IMG/VR virus record: IMGVR_UViG_3300020045_013539
Location: 1-26,921 of that record
Source of the DNA: a virus
Lineage: Duplodnaviria; Caudoviricetes
Strand: one strand, 5' to 3'
DNA: 26,921 bases
Below are positions 24,605 to 26,921 of the stretch, in pieces (the first letter of the stretch is position 1; each line of letters opens with the position of its first letter). The notes below the pieces were generated by a model, which saw only the letters and a program-made list of their open reading frames with translations, was not told the origin of the DNA and searched no databases. The position numbers were made by a program, and so were the translations under genes.

Positions 24605-25084
24605 ATGGTTGCAGGTAGACCGAGAGAAACAACTCCACCTCCCGAAGAGTGTATTGAACTTGGAAAAAAACTTGTAAAGTGGGCAACAGAGAAAATACCA
24701 GAAGGAGAACCATTACGCTCTAGATTCTGCGAATGGTACACTTTAGAAGAAATTGGAATGATTAGAAATGAATGGGAAGCTCTATTAAAGATCCCAGAAT
24801 TCCGCGTGTATTATGAGAGAGCACAAGCTGCATTAGGTAGAAAACTAATTGATGGGACAATTAATCCTAGCATTGGCCATCGTTTTATGTGGCATTATGT
24901 TCCTGAAGCAAAAGATCAAGAAATCGAAAAAATGGAAGCTCAGGCACGGATCAATAAAGCTAATGAAACTGCATCTACTCCGCAAAAAATAGTATTCGAG
25001 GTAAATTATCCAACCAACATTAACAATCAAGTCGAAATTTTATCCGCGGAATTATCAGATAAAAATACTTCAGGCATTAAATAG
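24605..25084 (+). CDS. terS: Terminase small subunit (putative)
   Basis: N-terminal 'MVAGRPR', helical, 159 aa, overlaps the start of the large subunit. Confidence 0.7.
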   Translation: MVAGRPRETTPPPEECIELGKKLVKWATEKIPEGEPLRSRFCEWYTLEEIGMIRNEWEALLKIPEFRVYYERAQAALGRKLIDGTINPSIGHRFMWHYVPEAKDQEIEKMEAQARINKANETASTPQKIVFEVNYPTNINNQVEILSAELSDKNTSGIK

Positions 25085-26921
25085 TGGGATTAAACGCGCG
25101 ATATGGTGCTGCCACCGTCGCGCCGGAAAAGACGTCACAATATTTAACTGGTGCATCGAGCAGCTCATTAAAGAAACTTGTACCTGTTTCTATGTCATGC
25201 CAACGTATTCTCAGGCAAAAAAAGTTATTTGGGATTCGACAACGAATGATGGATTTCGCATTATAGATTATATTCCGAGTGAATTTATTGCACAAAAAAA
25301 TCAGCAGGAGATGAAAATACGTTTGACAAATGGATCGTTATTTCAGCTGATTGGCAGTGATAACATCGATTCATTAATGGGAACAAACCCGAAAATAGTT
25401 GTATTCAGCGAATATGCACTACAGACACCAGCGGCGTGGGATTTTATTCGACCGATTTTAAAAATTAATGGGGGATATGCAGTATTTATTAGCACTCCAC
25501 GCGGTAGGAATCATTTTTTCGAACTGTGCGAGATGTCTAAAACGCAACCAGATTGGTTTTATGAGAAATTGACATATCGAGATACCAGTGTTTTAACAGA
25601 CGAAGATATTAAAAAAGAAATCGCAGAGGGAATGAGCGAAGAGCTTGCCGAACAGGAATACTCATGTTCATTCGATCGAGGTATCGACGGTGCGTTTTAC
25701 GCTAAACTGATCAATAAAATGCGTAACGAAGGCAGAATTATCGATCTATCATACGACCCATATAAACTCGTACACGTGAGTTTTGACCTTGGATGGGATG
25801 ATTGCACCGCGATAATATTTTTTCAAATAGACGGAGAGAAAATCAAAATTATAGACTGCGAGGAGCATAGCAATAAAACTCTCGCGTGGTATTCGGAGCT
25901 TTTAAAAAAAAAGGGATACAATTACGGAACATATTTATTTCCCCACGATGTGAAACAGGTAGACGGATTATCTACAGGGCTGACTAGGCAAGAGATTTTA
26001 GAGGATTTACAGATTCCTGTAACGATTGTTCCTAGGAGTTTTATCGTCGACGGTATTGAAGCTGTAAAAGCAATGCTATCATCAAAGATAATCATCAACG
26101 AAAAATGTTTTACATTGATAAAAGCTCTCGAAAATTATCACAGGGAATGGGATGATAAAAGAAAGGTTTACAGTAATAAACCAAATCACAACTGGTCTTC
26201 GCACATGTGTTTTGATGGAGACACACTCTTAAAAATGGAATCAGGATATAAAAAAATTTCAGAAATTAACGTTGGGGATTTAGTTTTTACTCCAAACGGA
26301 CCAAAAAAAGTTTTGAAAAAATTTATTCACGAAACTACTTCTTTAAGGAATATCCAAACACAAACTTACAGTTTAAAATGCACGGACAAACACAAGATAT
26401 TTGCGAGAAAAGGATTGATTTGTTCTGACACATTAAGGTATAATGATGAGATATATACCTTAAAGGACTTAGATATATGTCAGAAGATTGGATTCCTTGG
26501 AAAGGCGAAAAATTTAGGATTTCGGGATTATTTCTTATTAATGAAGACGAAGAGTCTCTTTACTTCAATGGCAGAAGATATAAATGGGATGGAAACTACT
26601 ATAAAAAAGGATACACGGAAGAATCACCATTTTCAACGCTCCAAAGAGCTGTTTGGGCTTACTATAAAGGAAAAATTCCAGAAGGTTATCACGTTCATCA
26701 TAAAGACGGCAACAGAAAGAATAACGATATATCAAACTTTGAGCTTATTTCATCTTCAGACCATTCCAAACTTCACATGTGTACAGAAGAAAGAAAAGAA
26801 CTATCGCGAAAAAACATTTACAAAGCTATGGAACATGCAAAAGAATGGCATCAATCAGAAGAAGGCAGAAAGTGGCATAGAGAACACGCACAAAAATGCA
26901 ATTTTGGAAAGAATAAACCAG
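25008..26921 (+). CDS. terL: Terminase large subunit, intein-containing, 3'-truncated by the window (not in ORF track)
   Basis: Manual translation, open from 25005 to the end: adenine-binding 'PRNYQ', Walker A 'HRRAGKD', Walker B 'VVFSEY', motif III 'ISTPRG', RNase H-like 'FDLGWDD', 'PHD' and 'KPNHNWSSH'. Confidence 0.95.
   Translation, partial: MQPTLTIKSKFYPRNYQIKILQALNSGIKRAIWCCHRRAGKDVTIFNWCIEQLIKETCTCFYVMPTYSQAKKVIWDSTTNDGFRIIDYIPSEFIAQKNQQEMKIRLTNGSLFQLIGSDNIDSLMGTNPKIVVFSEYALQTPAAWDFIRPILKINGGYAVFISTPRGRNHFFELCEMSKTQPDWFYEKLTYRDTSVLTDEDIKKEIAEGMSEELAEQEYSCSFDRGIDGAFYAKLINKMRNEGRIIDLSYDPYKLVHVSFDLGWDDCTAIIFFQIDGEKIKIIDCEEHSNKTLAWYSELLKKKGYNYGTYLFPHDVKQVDGLSTGLTRQEILEDLQIPVTIVPRSFIVDGIEAVKAMLSSKIIINEKCFTLIKALENYHREWDDKRKVYSNKPNHNWSSHMCFDGDTLLKMESGYKKISEINVGDLVFTPNGPKKVLKKFIHETTSLRNIQTQTYSLKCTDKHKIFARKGLICSDTLRYNDEIYTLKDLDICQKIGFLGKAKNLGFRDYFLLMKTKSLFTSMAEDINGMETTIKKDTRKNHHFQRSKELFGLTIKEKFQKVITFIIKTATERITIYQTLSLFHLQTIPNFTCVQKKEKNYREKTFTKLWNMQKNGINQKKAESGIENTHKNAILERINQ
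26208..26921 (+). mobile_element. Intein (Hint domain) inserted in TerL, C-terminal part outside the window
   Basis: Block A 'CFDGDTLL...KKISEINVGDLV' begins right after 'NWSSHM'. Block B 'LKCTDKHKIF' contains TxxH. Confidence 0.92.
26477..26921 (+). CDS. HNH homing endonuclease encoded in an alternative frame inside the intein (3'-truncated)
   Basis: AAGGA RBS (26463-26467) and ATG 26477. MSEDWIPWKG...LQRAVWAYYKGKIPEGYHVHHKDGNRKNNDISNFELISSSDHSKLH..., no stop before the window end. Confidence 0.9.
   Translation, partial: MSEDWIPWKGEKFRISGLFLINEDEESLYFNGRRYKWDGNYYKKGYTEESPFSTLQRAVWAYYKGKIPEGYHVHHKDGNRKNNDISNFELISSSDHSKLHMCTEERKELSRKNIYKAMEHAKEWHQSEEGRKWHREHAQKCNFGKNKP

Larger units (their letters stand above)
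1..26921. mobile_element. Tailed dsDNA phage or prophage segment (podovirus-like)
   Basis: Terminase, tail/ejection-like proteins, tail fibres, ERF recombinase, Cro-like HTH, O-like initiator and DUF1064. No host housekeeping operons, and no integrase or att site in the window. Confidence 0.95.

Noticed and set aside
24845-25295. ORF-track calls 24845..25030, 25077..25295 and 25084..25266
   Set aside because: They overlap terS or the true TerL frame, which holds the conserved ATPase motifs.

Overview
The whole window is an AT-rich segment of a tailed dsDNA phage or prophage with podovirus-like organisation, read in the standard genetic code. From left to right it carries: a virion/tail and ejection-protein block (1-6433); a short reverse-strand accessory operon (6533-7785); a cluster of modular tail-fibre/adhesin genes (7908-14793); a leftward early region with P63C, DEDD exonuclease, ERF recombinase and PD-(D/E)XK nuclease genes (14800-19816); a Cro-like regulator, a hairpin-rich intergenic region and a lambda O-like initiator with internal iterons (19895-21727); small accessory genes; and the terminase genes. 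The most striking feature is missing from the ORF track. The terminase large subunit carries an intein inserted at its nuclease motif, and an HNH endonuclease is encoded inside that intein in a different reading frame, with both frames open to the window end. Other notable signals are a TerL with no canonical start codon, a premature TAG in the first tail gene, a probable antisense RNA in the replication-gene leader, fold-back occlusion of the P63C ribosome-binding site, and hints, from memory and unverified, of an environmental Chlamydiae host. All product calls come from motif recognition without database searches.
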